Assembly (NCBI GenBank): GCA_040220235.1
Contig: JAVJTO010000118.1
Length of the DNA stretch: 64,000 bases
Source of the DNA: Coleofasciculus sp. B1-GNL1-01
Lineage (GTDB): Bacteria; Cyanobacteriota; Cyanobacteriia; Cyanobacteriales; Coleofasciculaceae
Strand: one strand, 5' to 3'
Each line of letters starts with the position of its first letter. The stretch's first letter is position 1. Below, piece after piece: positions 50,401 to 61,313 of the stretch. The notes beneath the pieces were generated by a model that saw only the letters and a program-made list of their open reading frames with translations, was not told the DNA's origin and searched no databases. A program made the position numbers and the translations under genes.

Positions 50401-51179
50401 ATTTGTTGGGGTGTGCCATCGGGAGTTTTGGCAAACACTGTATCTCGGCTATAAAGCCAGCACCATTCCCCATTCGCCCGACGCATTCGGTATTCAGTTT
50501 CAATAATTTCGCGATCGGAAGCTGTCGCCAAGCGTTCAATTCGTGCCGACAATTTGGCTAAATCCTCCGGGTGCATCAGTTGAGGAAACAGGCTTTCTCC
50601 CATGGCTTGTACTGTTTCCGGAGAATAGCCCAAAATTTCAGTAATCGTCCGATTACTATAGATATTCCGCTGTTCGATGATGTCGTAAATATAAACAATA
50701 GCGGAAATAGATTGACTGATTTGTTCAACGAAATTCTGGGATTGCCGTAATGCCTTTTCCGCTTGCTGATGTTCAGTTACATCTCGCAACACTAATAGAT
50801 GATGATCCGGCAACATATTGGCAGTACCTTCTAACTCTACATCTCGTTGAGTTCCATCGGCACGCCACAGACAAAAGTTATAGGTGATTCGCCCTTGGGC
50901 GAGAAAGGAACGCCAGTTGTGAAGACTAATTGGAGTAGTTTCCACTATAGTGCGATGCAGCAGTTGATCCTCAGACAATTTAAATAACTCACCCGCCGCC
51001 CGATTGACTCTGAGGAATTTTCCCTGGCTATCAGCAACCACCATAGCATCCAGGGAGTCATTGAAGATTGCTAGAAACGCACAAGCCTCAGAATCCCCCT
51101 TTTGTTCCTGAAACGGGCATGACGTCGGGTTGGCGGGTTGGCTTTGACTGGGGTTGCTAGCAGAGTAATGGATAACCAT
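47478..51179 (-). CDS. Multi-PAS hybrid histidine kinase with C-terminal receiver
   Basis: PAS repeats; AKSEFLTNMSHELRTPLN, NAIKFT, DTGVG, GTGLGL; receiver VDD..D..KP. Confidence 0.92.
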   Translation of the reverse strand: MVIHYSASNPSQSQPANPTSCPFQEQKGDSEACAFLAIFNDSLDAMVVADSQGKFLRVNRAAGELFKLSEDQLLHRTIVETTPISLHNWRSFLAQGRITYNFCLWRADGTQRDVELEGTANMLPDHHLLVLRDVTEHQQAEKALRQSQNFVEQISQSISAIVYIYDIIEQRNIYSNRTITEILGYSPETVQAMGESLFPQLMHPEDLAKLSARIERLATASDREIIETEYRMRRANGEWCWLYSRDTVFAKTPDGTPQQILGVATDITTIKLAEAKILSLNAELEQRVKERTEALQQANEELKREIRDRQQAEKTLRESEEQFRSIFENVSVGIALLDLNGYILTANEANCRFLGYSPDEIVGMHFSGLTHPEDLSLDTDLFDSIVCGKRTNYTIDKRYLRQDGACVWGRITVSMIKDEEGSPRYIAVVCEDINDRKQMEEVLRESQQKYKTLFQIFPIGISITDKGGNIIEANSASEEILGLSRQEHTSRTYDAPNWSIIRLDGTPMPASEFASVRALTENRVIENMEMGIVKAKDKITWISVTAAPIPLADYGVAIAYIDVSDRKRMEKALRESQQKYKTLFQILPIGISITDKQGNLIEANAASEKILGLSVSDRINAKYVTPQLNVIRPDGTIMPRSEFANVKALIQNQVIKNHEAGIVKPDGKITWISATASPIPLRDSGVVVAYLDITERKQAEEALQQAKEVAVREAKRSEIANRAKSEFLTNMSHELRTPLNGILGYAQLLKQDTTLTNPQHHNLNIIHQCGEHLLTLINDILDLAKIEAQKMELYPTEFHLPNFLHSLADLFQLRAQQKDIIFTYQVLSPLPNGVMADNKRLRQVLCNLLSNAIKFTDGGEVTFTVSVVNRTDVKSACRNSALESKLSQGGFYTKDTINSHNQVPKPAPTNSVYSMVGKGQHFQTIRFQVKDTGVGIDLSQLTKIFLPFHQVSDHSHATEGTGLGLAISQKLIQLMGSEIKVKSIPGNGSTFWFDINLPLVSGWHEPNPSNKRRITGFKGDKRKLMIVDDNRVNRTLLRAMLKPLGFEIIEAVNGLDCLQKVVECYPDLILIDLVMPEMDGLETTRRMLALPQLQDKDIVAIALSASVYPQIQQESLAAGCRGFLAKPVETQQLLDAIAHHLNLEWIYSQPQFPSPTEAATLTQTPIISLPSSEIKALADLVKMGDIQGIIERAESLAQHNSQFEPLTSQICQLARGFRLKQLRELIQDHLGDG

Positions 51180-51594
51180 ACTGTATTCTTGCGATCGCGT
51201 GCGTAACGTTTGCCCAAACCCGGCATTCCGCCATTGATGCGGCAGATCCTGGGTCGAGGCATACTATTATCTACAGTGCGATCGTCATCGAATCCCTATT
51301 TTGACGCCCCAGTTTAACACTGTGACCCCTGAGCCGCCTGATTGCCTACCACAAAAATAAATGGAATAGCTTTTATTTAATATTCTTTTAATACTCTTGT
51401 CTAATTCGCTACAGTCAAGACACTATAAACTTTTGAAACAGCTTTGTATCCTCAGAATTTCCTCAGATTTCGGTTTTAGTCTAGAGATAAAGCAGAGTTG
51501 TCGTAGATTGTATCACACCCTACAGTCTCGTCAAACCACGCCAATAACGGTATCGTACCGGAATTGAACTCTACTGCAAATAGGAAGGAAAAAG

Positions 51595-51828
51595 ATGTTT
51601 AGTCATACTTGTCTTTGTTGTTCACACACCTTACTCAGGCACATTCGATCTCACCAAATTTACTGGTTCTGTCCCCATTGTTACCAATCCATGCCTGAAT
51701 CCATTGAACCCTACTCACGGCTGAATGCATCCCAGCTTTTCGAGCTTTCTGTTGTCAAATCTTATAAAGTTGGTAATAGCCCACGCCAACAAGTGACCCA
51801 AGTTCCTCAAACATGCAATGTCGCCTAA
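51595..51828 (+). CDS. Small Zn-ribbon-like cyanobacterial protein
   Basis: CLCC-x-x-x-LLRHIR...WFCPHC motif; AGGAAGGA RBS upstream. Confidence 0.7.
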   Translation: MFSHTCLCCSHTLLRHIRSHQIYWFCPHCYQSMPESIEPYSRLNASQLFELSVVKSYKVGNSPRQQVTQVPQTCNVA

Positions 51829-51961
51829 GGATGAAAACGTTAATTCAATCCTTTTCTTGAAAAATTAAGATCATATTCGGTTCAATATATATAATCGAAA
51901 CAAAGGAGAGAGCAGACAATCAATATCGTTTTTTAGGTTCCCCCATCGTCTAATCGTTGAT

Positions 51962-53692
51962 TCAACCTGGGGGAACGTTTTCTAAAATACAATCTGCCTG
52001 TAAAACCACAGTTTCCTCAGTTTGGAAAATCGTACACCGTTCCATCATTGTCGCCAAAACAGGTATTTTTCCTTGCTGCAATTGGGTCAATGCTTCAGTG
52101 GCAATCGGTTGATACTGTTGCAGCCAGCTATTATTCACTAAATAATCCGATGTAAAGGCTGAACGATCCAGTAACCAGAAGTCTATTTCATATTTTTTAA
52201 TCACGTCCTGTACCTGGGCTAAATCTGCACTATATTGAGCGGTTAGCAAATCGATCACTCGTTGACGAAACGGCTGGTAGTAGCCCTGATGATAAGGAAT
52301 TGCATATTCCCGACTCACCAAAATTGAGCGCCCAGAAAAGGTGGGTAAGTTATCCGCTTCTCGCGACAGGGAGGCGATCAGGCTATCCTGAGGCTGACTC
52401 GCGAAAAATTCGTAGAGTTCGGGGGCGTTTCCCTGTTTGTAAGCCGTTTTGGGAAACTCTTCGACAAAACTGGGATACCCAATCAGCAAAACTCCCACGA
52501 ATGCAGCAAATCCTAGCGCCAGCGATCGCGATCCGATTTTAGAAAGACGAGATTGGGTTGTTTGTGCCGCCCAATGGAAAATCCCATCCAATAAAATAGT
52601 CAAGGCTATCCCAGCCGCTAGGGAAAGAATCAGTCGGAAACTATGTTGAGTATAGCGACTGGGTAAATGCAGTTTGAAGAGTAAGGCATGAGCCACAAAA
52701 AACAGACTGAGGGAGACGAGGAGGGTTTGCGGTAAAAGGAATACCCCAGGTTTAACCCGCCGACTCAGAGGAAATTGAGACGGATATCGCAGCAGCAACG
52801 GCAAGAGAAACGCCGCGTAAAGCAGGATAGGCAGAGACTCGCGACGGGGAAGAATACCACTGCGATCGCCATTCAGCCAGAACTCCCAGAAATTATCCTC
52901 AAAAAAGGTAGTGCGTCCTCCGGGCAAAAACTCAGCCATGTTCCTCGCTTGAGTCGCACTAACAATTGGACCAAACTCCGAGGTTGTCAAAGCATAGGGT
53001 AACATAACCACAAATGCTACAACCAATCCCGACAGACAAAATAGATAATCCCCCCGTTTTTGAGACCAATGAATTCTCCCCCCTTCCCACTTAAATAGCT
53101 GTAGAATCAGTATTCCGGCTGAAATGAATACTGTTTGAGGATAAAACAGTCCTTGCAGCGCCAATGCGCCTAGACAAGGCAGGAGCGATCGCCGTAGACA
53201 ATAGTACCAAAATGCCAACAGCAACGGATAAACAAACGCCCTAGGTGTAGCTGATACTAAATCATTGTAACTCCACAGCGTTTGATTTAACAGCAGTGAG
53301 CTAATAAATGCGGCTATTGGTACAGGTATTATTTGTAAAATAAACTTAAAACAGTAACCTGTAGTAATCAGCGTCAGGAATAGGGGCAGAAATTTGTTAA
53401 AAATCAGAGGTTCAATTCCAATACCTGCCATGAATCGATACAGGCTAGTATACCCAGTCGGTGCCACAGATTGAAAATAGTTAGCAATCCAGTTATCCGG
53501 AAATAGCTGGGGTTCTAAAAATCGCTGCATCCAAAATACATGTTGTCGTGCATCATCTTGAACAACATACGGACTACTGAATGCTTGCTGTAATCCTAAA
53601 ATTCCATAGACTACTGCAACGGTTAGGCTTAAAGTAATCCAGAACTTAGTTTTTGATTTGTTAGAGAATTTTAATATTGAACAAATGTCCAC
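51962..53692 (-). CDS. Polytopic membrane protein, putative GT-C-type glycosyltransferase/glycan-modifying enzyme (paralog 3)
   Basis: QDDARQHVFWM loop after TM1, many TM segments, LHLPSRY, soluble C-terminal domain; EPS-cluster context. Confidence 0.7.
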   Translation of the reverse strand: MDICSILKFSNKSKTKFWITLSLTVAVVYGILGLQQAFSSPYVVQDDARQHVFWMQRFLEPQLFPDNWIANYFQSVAPTGYTSLYRFMAGIGIEPLIFNKFLPLFLTLITTGYCFKFILQIIPVPIAAFISSLLLNQTLWSYNDLVSATPRAFVYPLLLAFWYYCLRRSLLPCLGALALQGLFYPQTVFISAGILILQLFKWEGGRIHWSQKRGDYLFCLSGLVVAFVVMLPYALTTSEFGPIVSATQARNMAEFLPGGRTTFFEDNFWEFWLNGDRSGILPRRESLPILLYAAFLLPLLLRYPSQFPLSRRVKPGVFLLPQTLLVSLSLFFVAHALLFKLHLPSRYTQHSFRLILSLAAGIALTILLDGIFHWAAQTTQSRLSKIGSRSLALGFAAFVGVLLIGYPSFVEEFPKTAYKQGNAPELYEFFASQPQDSLIASLSREADNLPTFSGRSILVSREYAIPYHQGYYQPFRQRVIDLLTAQYSADLAQVQDVIKKYEIDFWLLDRSAFTSDYLVNNSWLQQYQPIATEALTQLQQGKIPVLATMMERCTIFQTEETVVLQADCILENVPPG

Positions 53693-54057
53693 TTCACCTC
53701 ATTTTAATTTTAGAAATAGAATAACAATGATACCAAGCTTGAGCGCATCAAGATAATTGGCTTGTACCTGTCGTTTCTTTTTGTTGAAGGGGACTAATTG
53801 TCTCATATAGTATCTGCACCGTAGCCGTCATATCATGTTCTGATTGATGATTTGATTGGATTGCCCCTAGTTGCAACGCCCTATACCAAGGAGTTTGAGC
53901 CATTTTCATTGTAGTTGACATGAGATGCGATCATTTGACATAATCAAAGTCAATATTTGAGACTTTATCTGGCATCATTTCAGAGTAAGTTAATGTTATG
54001 TAGACTGGGCAATAGTGAGCCATTTTTGAAAACTTATGTTGTCATTAGTTATGCCTG

Positions 54058-55746
54058 CTATTTTTGAGTAGATTTAACTATACATTTTGTTTGTAAAACA
54101 ACCAAGTTTTTCGTTTCAAACACCGAGCATTTATCCAGAAAACCAGACAAGACTGGTAGAGTTCCTTGCTCAAGAGTTGCCACGGCTTCTCTTGATACGG
54201 AAAACTGCATCAGCCAATTATTCCCCCTAATATATTCAGGTGTAAACGCTCTACGATTCAACAACAAAAAATCTACTCCATAAGTTTTAATAAACTGTCG
54301 CACATCAGTTAATTCTGGACTATACTGAGCGCGAATTAAATCAACTGTTCGTTGACGAATCTGATTGTAGTAACCGACATGATAGGGAATCGCATACATT
54401 TCACTGACTAAAACCGGCTGCTGGGAAAACGTCGGCAAATTATTAGCTTCTTCATCAAGGGAAGCAATCAGACTCGGCTGCGGTTGTTGAGCCAAAAATT
54501 CGTATAAACTAGGATATTGACCTTGTTTATATCGGGTAAACGGGAAACTCACAAAACAGGGATAGAAAATCAGTATCATCCCCAAAACTGCTGTAACTGC
54601 CCAGGCGAAGTATCGTCTAAAGCGGTGAGAGGTAACCCTTGCCCAATAAACCAATGCATCTACGACTACCACAAACGCGATCGCACTCGCCAATGCCATG
54701 ACGATTCGCAGGCTATGGGTAGTATACCGAATCGGCAGATGCAGCCTAAACAAGAAGATGTGGGCGAGAATAAACGTCACACCCGCCGTTATCACCATCT
54801 GAGGTAAAATCGCCACACCCCTCCTCACCTGTTTCACCAACCGGAAGCGGGAAGGATAGCGCCACAGCAGCGGAAGTAGCAACCCCAGATACAGTAACGG
54901 CGGTAGAGACAATCCGCCCAAAAAACTACTACGCTTACCAAACAGCCAAAACTCCCAAGGATTCTCATCAAAAAAAGGGGTTCTCCCCTCCGGCATAAAT
55001 TCCGGTAACCCTCTCGCCACAGACGCCGCGATCGCAGGTCCAAATTCATTAGACTGTAAAGCGTAGGGTAGCAGTACCAGAATCGCCACCGCCAATCCCA
55101 ACCCGCCCAACCAATAATCCCAGCGATTCCCCGAAAGCCGCCATCGCCCCCCTTGCCAGTCTCCCATCTGTAAAAGCATGATTCCCGCACAGATCAACAC
55201 ATACTGAGGATAGAATACCCCCAAAAGCGCGATCGCACCCAGACAAGGAAATAGTGAACGCCGCAACACATAGTACAAAAACGCCAACACAATTGGATAA
55301 ACAAACGCTCTCGGCGTACCCGAAATTAGAGTATAGGTTGTCCAAAGATTTTGATTCAGCAGTAGAGATGCCGTAAATCCAGCAATTGGCACAGGTAACA
55401 ATTCCAAACCAATACCAAAACAGTAACCCGTAGTAATCAACCCCAAAATAGTCGGCACCAGCTTATTAAATACCAAGGGATGAATCCCAAAACCTGCCAT
55501 AATCTGATACAGCGTTGCATATCCAACTGGCGCAACCGACTGATGATAATCGGCAATTAAATCATCGCCGAATAGCCCTGGCTCTAAAAACCGTTGCATC
55601 CAGAATACATGTTGTCTGGCATCACTATCCACCAAATAGTCACTACTAAACGCCTGCTGAAGTGCCAAAAGACTATAAACCACAGAAAATGTCAAACTGA
55701 GACTTAACCAAACGATAATCTGAGAACGGGATACCTTATTTGTCAT
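54058..55746 (-). CDS. Polytopic membrane protein, putative GT-C-type enzyme (paralog 2)
   Basis: DSDARQHVFWM, LHLPIRY; colinear with its neighbours. Confidence 0.7.
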   Translation of the reverse strand: MTNKVSRSQIIVWLSLSLTFSVVYSLLALQQAFSSDYLVDSDARQHVFWMQRFLEPGLFGDDLIADYHQSVAPVGYATLYQIMAGFGIHPLVFNKLVPTILGLITTGYCFGIGLELLPVPIAGFTASLLLNQNLWTTYTLISGTPRAFVYPIVLAFLYYVLRRSLFPCLGAIALLGVFYPQYVLICAGIMLLQMGDWQGGRWRLSGNRWDYWLGGLGLAVAILVLLPYALQSNEFGPAIAASVARGLPEFMPEGRTPFFDENPWEFWLFGKRSSFLGGLSLPPLLYLGLLLPLLWRYPSRFRLVKQVRRGVAILPQMVITAGVTFILAHIFLFRLHLPIRYTTHSLRIVMALASAIAFVVVVDALVYWARVTSHRFRRYFAWAVTAVLGMILIFYPCFVSFPFTRYKQGQYPSLYEFLAQQPQPSLIASLDEEANNLPTFSQQPVLVSEMYAIPYHVGYYNQIRQRTVDLIRAQYSPELTDVRQFIKTYGVDFLLLNRRAFTPEYIRGNNWLMQFSVSREAVATLEQGTLPVLSGFLDKCSVFETKNLVVLQTKCIVKSTQK

Positions 55747-55997
55747 TTGTCAGTGAACAGTTAACAGTGAACAGTTAACAGTAACGAATGTCCTAACCTG
55801 CCTTAATACGGCTATAAAACCCGCTCCTAAACCAAAACATACCATTTTCATTGAGAACATCCTCCTCCCCAAAACCGCGACTCGCCCTATTAACATACCG
55901 CAAAAACCTCTGCGCCCCTCTGCGCTTCCCTCTGCGTTCCTCTGCGTTAAAAATAAAATCATGAGACAACAGACTTAACCCAACAAAATACTAATAA

Positions 55998-57755
55998 CTA
56001 ATCCCCCAAACAATCCGCCGACAAAACAACCAACCCCTCCCTCTCAAACACCCGACATCGTTCCATCCTTGCCGCCAAAACCGGAACCCCTCCTCCTTGC
56101 AAACTCAACCTCGCCCCCGTCGCCGCCGCCTCATACTCTTGAATCCAACGATTACCCATCACATACTCCAGCGTAAACGCCCCCCGTTCCACTAACCATA
56201 AATCCACCCCATACCGCCGAATAAAATCTTGCACCACTCCCTTATCTAAACTATACTGAGCCTCAATCAAATCAACCGTCCGTTGATACATTTCATCGTA
56301 ATAATCCAAATGATAAGGTAACGCATATCCCTCTCCCCCCACTAAAATCGAGCGCTGGGCAAACGTCGGTAAACTATTCGCTTCCTCCGTCAACGAAGCA
56401 ATCAGTGTATTTTTCGGTTGTTGTTGCATAAACTCATAAAGTTCTGGCATAGTTCCCACCGTATAACGACGTATCGGAAACGGATAATCATTGGCTTGCA
56501 AAAGACTGGGATAACCCAAAAGAATAGCCATCAAACCCCCCGTAAATCCAACCCCCAAAAGCGGTTTTCCTTTCGTTTGAGCCACCCGTAAACCCGCATC
56601 TAACAAAAGAGTCAGCGCCACAGCCGCCGCCAACGCCACCACAATCCGCAAACTATGTTCTGTATAACGATTAGGAAGATGTAACTTAAATAGAAACAAA
56701 TGAGCCGCGACAAACATACCCATCGATACCAGCAGCATCTGAGGTAACAGCCTAATCCCCCCACTCACCCGTTTAACTAAAGGAAACCGCGAGGGATAGT
56801 TCAACAAAAACGGCAACGAAAAACTCACCCAAACCTGTGGCGGTACTAAAAGAATCGAATACTTTGCCATCAACCGACACCATTCCGTTGGCAACATACC
56901 ACTGCGTTTACCACAAACCCAATAATTCCAGGGGTCATCATTAAAAAAACTTGACCATCCTTCCGCCGAAAAAGCCGATAATCTCCTCGCTTGTGTTACC
57001 GTAATTACAGAACCAAATTCCGATGGGTTTAAATAGGGGAAGAGAACCAAAAATGCGACTCCTAATCCCCACCCACAGAACCAATAATCTGAGCGCACTG
57101 GAGATAAACGAAACCGCCCCTGTTCCCACCGCCCTAGCTGAACAATCAATAATCCAGCCACAATAAAGACACACTGAGGATAAAATACCCCCAAAAGCGC
57201 GATCGCGACAAGAGTTGGTAGTAACAACCGTCGCAACCGATAATACAAAAAAGCGAGAAATAGCGGATAGACAAAGGCAACAGGTGTAGCCGATACCAAA
57301 TCATCTCTCATCCAGAGATTTTGATTCAACAGCAACGACGCGATAAATCCCGCCACGGGTACAGGCAAAAGTTGCAGAGTAATGCCAAAACAGTAGGCAG
57401 TAGCCACCAATCCCAACCCTAAGGGTAAAATCTTACTTAAAACAATCGGATCAATTCCTACCGTGGCAAAGAGGTGATAAAATGTTGCATATCCCCAAGG
57501 TGCAACTGATTGAAAATAATCGGCAATCAAATCCCCAGGAAACACCTGTGAGTCAAGAAACCGACGCATCCAAAAGACATGCTGCCGCGCATCATCCTGC
57601 ACAATATAATCATGACTCAACGCCTCTTGCAGTGCTGGATATGCATAAATAGCCGCAAAAGTCAAGCTCAAACTCAACCAAAACACCTGCTGAGTGCGAG
57701 AGACTTTGCCAGTAAGTAGGTGGGAAAACTTCAAGTTAACGGCTCTTATCGTCAT
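55998..57755 (-). CDS. Polytopic membrane protein, putative GT-C-type enzyme (paralog 1)
   Basis: QDDARQHVFWM, LHLPNRY; colinear with its neighbours. Confidence 0.7.
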   Translation of the reverse strand: MTIRAVNLKFSHLLTGKVSRTQQVFWLSLSLTFAAIYAYPALQEALSHDYIVQDDARQHVFWMRRFLDSQVFPGDLIADYFQSVAPWGYATFYHLFATVGIDPIVLSKILPLGLGLVATAYCFGITLQLLPVPVAGFIASLLLNQNLWMRDDLVSATPVAFVYPLFLAFLYYRLRRLLLPTLVAIALLGVFYPQCVFIVAGLLIVQLGRWEQGRFRLSPVRSDYWFCGWGLGVAFLVLFPYLNPSEFGSVITVTQARRLSAFSAEGWSSFFNDDPWNYWVCGKRSGMLPTEWCRLMAKYSILLVPPQVWVSFSLPFLLNYPSRFPLVKRVSGGIRLLPQMLLVSMGMFVAAHLFLFKLHLPNRYTEHSLRIVVALAAAVALTLLLDAGLRVAQTKGKPLLGVGFTGGLMAILLGYPSLLQANDYPFPIRRYTVGTMPELYEFMQQQPKNTLIASLTEEANSLPTFAQRSILVGGEGYALPYHLDYYDEMYQRTVDLIEAQYSLDKGVVQDFIRRYGVDLWLVERGAFTLEYVMGNRWIQEYEAAATGARLSLQGGGVPVLAARMERCRVFEREGLVVLSADCLGD

Positions 57756-58058
57756 TCGTCATTTGTCTTATGTTGATTGTTCATGGTTCATGGTTCATTA
57801 GTCTTATGTCTTATGTGTAAAGCAATGTCCGACTATTTTCTGCCACATTTGGCATACCCCATCAATTCTATTGATATCAATTGAACTGTAGGGGCGACCC
57901 GCTGCAAAAATGAACACAATTCACCCATAAACCTTATCGGGTCGCCCTGCATCAGTTATCAGAAAAACCAAGGAAAATCGACATGAACCATTGCCTAAAA
58001 TTAAACCGTTATAGCCTTACAAAGGCAGGTTAAGACATTCTGTACTATTGCCTATTGC

Positions 58059-59701
58059 CTATTCCCTATCTGAAGACCTAGCATAGAGAATATAGCGCGA
58101 ATTTTGATACGCGATCGCAAAATCTAGATGGTGAGTGGTACTTGTCAGCAGATAATCAGCGTCATCTTATTCATCAAAGCCTGGGCTTGGTCAGTCGTTA
58201 AGCTGTTATACCCCGCAATCAGCGCCTGCTCCATCTTACTGAATGTGACTCGTTCACCTGGTTGGGGCCAAGGGTTGAGAGTACCACTCAAGTCAGTAAG
58301 ACGTTCATACCAGTCCAGCACTCCCACCTTGGTTGGGGGGATAAACTTAAATTTGGCGACAGTGGGGCGTTCTGCTACCCAAGTAAAAGGGGTAAGTTCT
58401 GCGGGGGGTGTAACAATCAGCGCATCATCCGGTGTGTTAGTGCGAATCCAATCACTTATAGCTTTGCCTTCCGGCTCTATCTCCTGTTGTTCACTGGGAA
58501 ACTCAGATGGTGCAACTAAAGCTTGGTGAAATTGTACAGCCTGAACAGTACAAGCCCCACTCAATAGCACAATACAAACAAATAACAAAATGGGTCGTGC
58601 TTTACCGATAAAGCTTTGCTCCAGGGCGCAGGCAAACAGCAGACAAGTAGTTAGGGGGAGCATCACATCCCCCAGCCGAAACGGGTAATATTGTAAGAAC
58701 GTACCCTGAGCATCAAACGGCGCGATCGCAAGTCCTAAGCCAAAGGGTATCAACGTCAGCAGTGTGAACTCTGCCAGCCCCATCCGCACCGCATGTTCCT
58801 CAGACTGTCGCTTGCGCCAAAGTATTCCCACACTCAGCGCCAACACTAGTAAGTAAACAACAGGTTTTATCCACCACTGTGAAGACCAATCAAGAGGATT
58901 TAGGTGGTGAGGAGAACGGATAAATACGTAAACATAGGACGGTTCTACAGCGCCTCTGGGACTAGGAGTCCATAAATGTTCCACAACCGTGTAAATCGAT
59001 AGCGCGCTAGCTATTAGGTAAATCCCTACAACCGAACCCAGATACCGGATATTCCCAAAATGGCGGCGACGTCTGAGTAGCAACCATCCTCCTATCACCA
59101 AAAACGCCCACCCCCCGACAAGAGTGTGAAATGATGTGGCTAGCCCTAGCAAGAGTGCCATCACGCGATAGCGACCCGTTAACATTAGCCCAATCGCGAA
59201 CAGCAATAGACCATAAGCTACAACTTTCGGTTCAATTCCTCCCACCAACCATTCACGGGCAACTATACCTTGACGGTAATCTACATACAGAAACAAACCA
59301 ACCGCTAGCAGCAGCAAGGGCAAACTCAACCCCAGCTTTCGACCCAGAAAGACTAACCCTGAAGCCATCAAGGTGTAACACAACAGTCGTCCGATTAAAG
59401 ACGTGGCTAAAAACCCCCAAGCCGCTGCCATTGAGCCAAACAACGCCAGGAATGGTATCCGATAACCCGGGGGCTGATTGAGATACCAGTCTCCGGGAAT
59501 CCAAGTTGGTTCAGCATACTGTCTCGCAAAGGGTAAGATATCTACCTCGTTGTTGATACCCATATTGCCATCCAGCAGAAACCCCAAACTGAGAAATGCA
59601 GTTACTACCACAATTTGAACGCTGACTTTCTTCCAGTGGGTTTGGTTGTGCTCCACTGCATTGGTTGGAATGGAGTGGTTAGATATCATATTGTTGGTCA
59701 T
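58059..59701 (-). pseudogene. Polytopic membrane protein (DUF6798-like, distant relative of the three paralogs) with a 1-nt frameshift near the 3' end
   Basis: ORF 58145-59701 stops after LMNKMTLIIC; adding one base at 58165/58166 restores KYDADYLL...YQNSRYILYARSSDRE with stop at 58059. Confidence 0.65.
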
Positions 59702-59835
59702 TTGCGTGATACTTCCCAGAATTTAAACATTAATCGTTGCCGAGTATAGTATTGTCAGCGTATCGCGAATAACTTTCCCATTGGACGAGGTATATCAGTC
59801 TAACCAATCCCGACGTTTACAAGAGGAATTCAAGT

Positions 59836-60840
59836 GTGGTCAATGTTTTAGTTACAGGTGCAGCCGGCTTCATCGGATACCACCTCAGTCAACGGTTACT
59901 TGCCCAGGGTGATACCGTGATTGGACTGGATAACCTGAATGCTTACTATGATGTCTCCCTCAAACAAGCCCGACTCAAGCAACTGGAGAACCAACCGGGG
60001 TTTCGCTTTTATAAACTCGACCTAGCCGATAGAGAGGGGATTGCCCAAGTATTTGCCCAAGAATCTTTCGAGTGTGTTGTCCATCTGGCGGCGCAGGCGG
60101 GGGTTCGCTATTCCCTGAAAAATCCCTACGCTTATGTGGATAGTAACCTGGTGGGTTTCACCAATATCCTGGAAGGGTGTCGCCATTCCGATATTAAGCA
60201 TCTGGTGTTTGCTTCATCGAGTTCGGTGTACGGCGCGAATACGAAAGTGCCGTTTTCAGTACAGGATAATGTCGATTCTCCGGTTAGCCTTTATGCGGCT
60301 ACCAAGAAAGCCAATGAATTAATGGCTCATGCCTATAGTCATTTGTACAACATCCCGACAACAGGCTTGCGCTTCTTCACTGTCTACGGTTCGTGGTATC
60401 GTCCCGATATGGCACTCTTTCTATTTACCAAAGCTATCCTCGCTGAACAGCCGATTAATGTGTTTAATTATGGTCGGATGCAACGGGATTTTACCTACGT
60501 TGATGATGTTGTCGAGGGTGTGGTGCGAGTCATGGGTAAGATTCCGCCGCCGGAAGCATCAGGAAACGCTTCGCCTGGTTCGAGAAGTTCTGCACCTTAC
60601 AAACTCTACAACATTGGCAATAATCAACCGATTGAATTGCTACAACTCATCGAAACCCTAGAACAATGTTTGGGCAAAACGGCGGTGAAAAATATGCTAC
60701 CTATGCAACCGGGAGATGTGCCAATTACTTATGCGGATGTGGATGATTTGATGCAAGATGTGGGATTTAGACCGAATACGCCGATTGAAGTGGGTGTGGA
60801 ACGTTTTGTTCAGTGGTATCGGTCTTATTACAATATTTAG
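59836..60840 (+). CDS. NAD-dependent epimerase, UDP-glucuronate 4-epimerase type
   Basis: TGAAGFIG, HLAAQAGVRYS, YAATKKANE, RPDMA and MQPGDV motifs. Confidence 0.92.
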   Translation: MVNVLVTGAAGFIGYHLSQRLLAQGDTVIGLDNLNAYYDVSLKQARLKQLENQPGFRFYKLDLADREGIAQVFAQESFECVVHLAAQAGVRYSLKNPYAYVDSNLVGFTNILEGCRHSDIKHLVFASSSSVYGANTKVPFSVQDNVDSPVSLYAATKKANELMAHAYSHLYNIPTTGLRFFTVYGSWYRPDMALFLFTKAILAEQPINVFNYGRMQRDFTYVDDVVEGVVRVMGKIPPPEASGNASPGSRSSAPYKLYNIGNNQPIELLQLIETLEQCLGKTAVKNMLPMQPGDVPITYADVDDLMQDVGFRPNTPIEVGVERFVQWYRSYYNI

Positions 60841-61313
60841 GGGCTGTTGAATAAGAGGCAACAAGGAACAGGCAACAGGCAGCGGTTTCACCCCCCAGTA
60901 ATCACGAAGATTCTGCGATTAGCGAGAGCGCTTTGTTTTTATATCAAGTCCGTCTAAACAATGTTCCAGATGTAGACTGTTACGTTTGGAACAATCGGGG
61001 CGGGTTTAGCCGTATTTGGATGAGGGAATAAACGATAGTGTCAAACCCACCCCTACACAGACCTTAATTTTCACGGGATCTGGAAAACCTCTCTCCAAAC
61101 CTCTCTCCGAACCTCTCCCTAGCCCTCTCCTACAAGGAGAGGGAAGCGGAATATATTTTTTTATTTGGAGAGGCTTTGAATTCTCCCCCTTCCGTGCCAA
61201 AAAAGCAAAGCATCCTTTGTCATCCCCCATGCAAAAAAAAGTGAAACATCTTTTGTCCTCCCCCCTCGCAGGGGAGAACCGAGGCGGGTTGGGAAGGGGG
61301 CTGGGGGGTTAGA

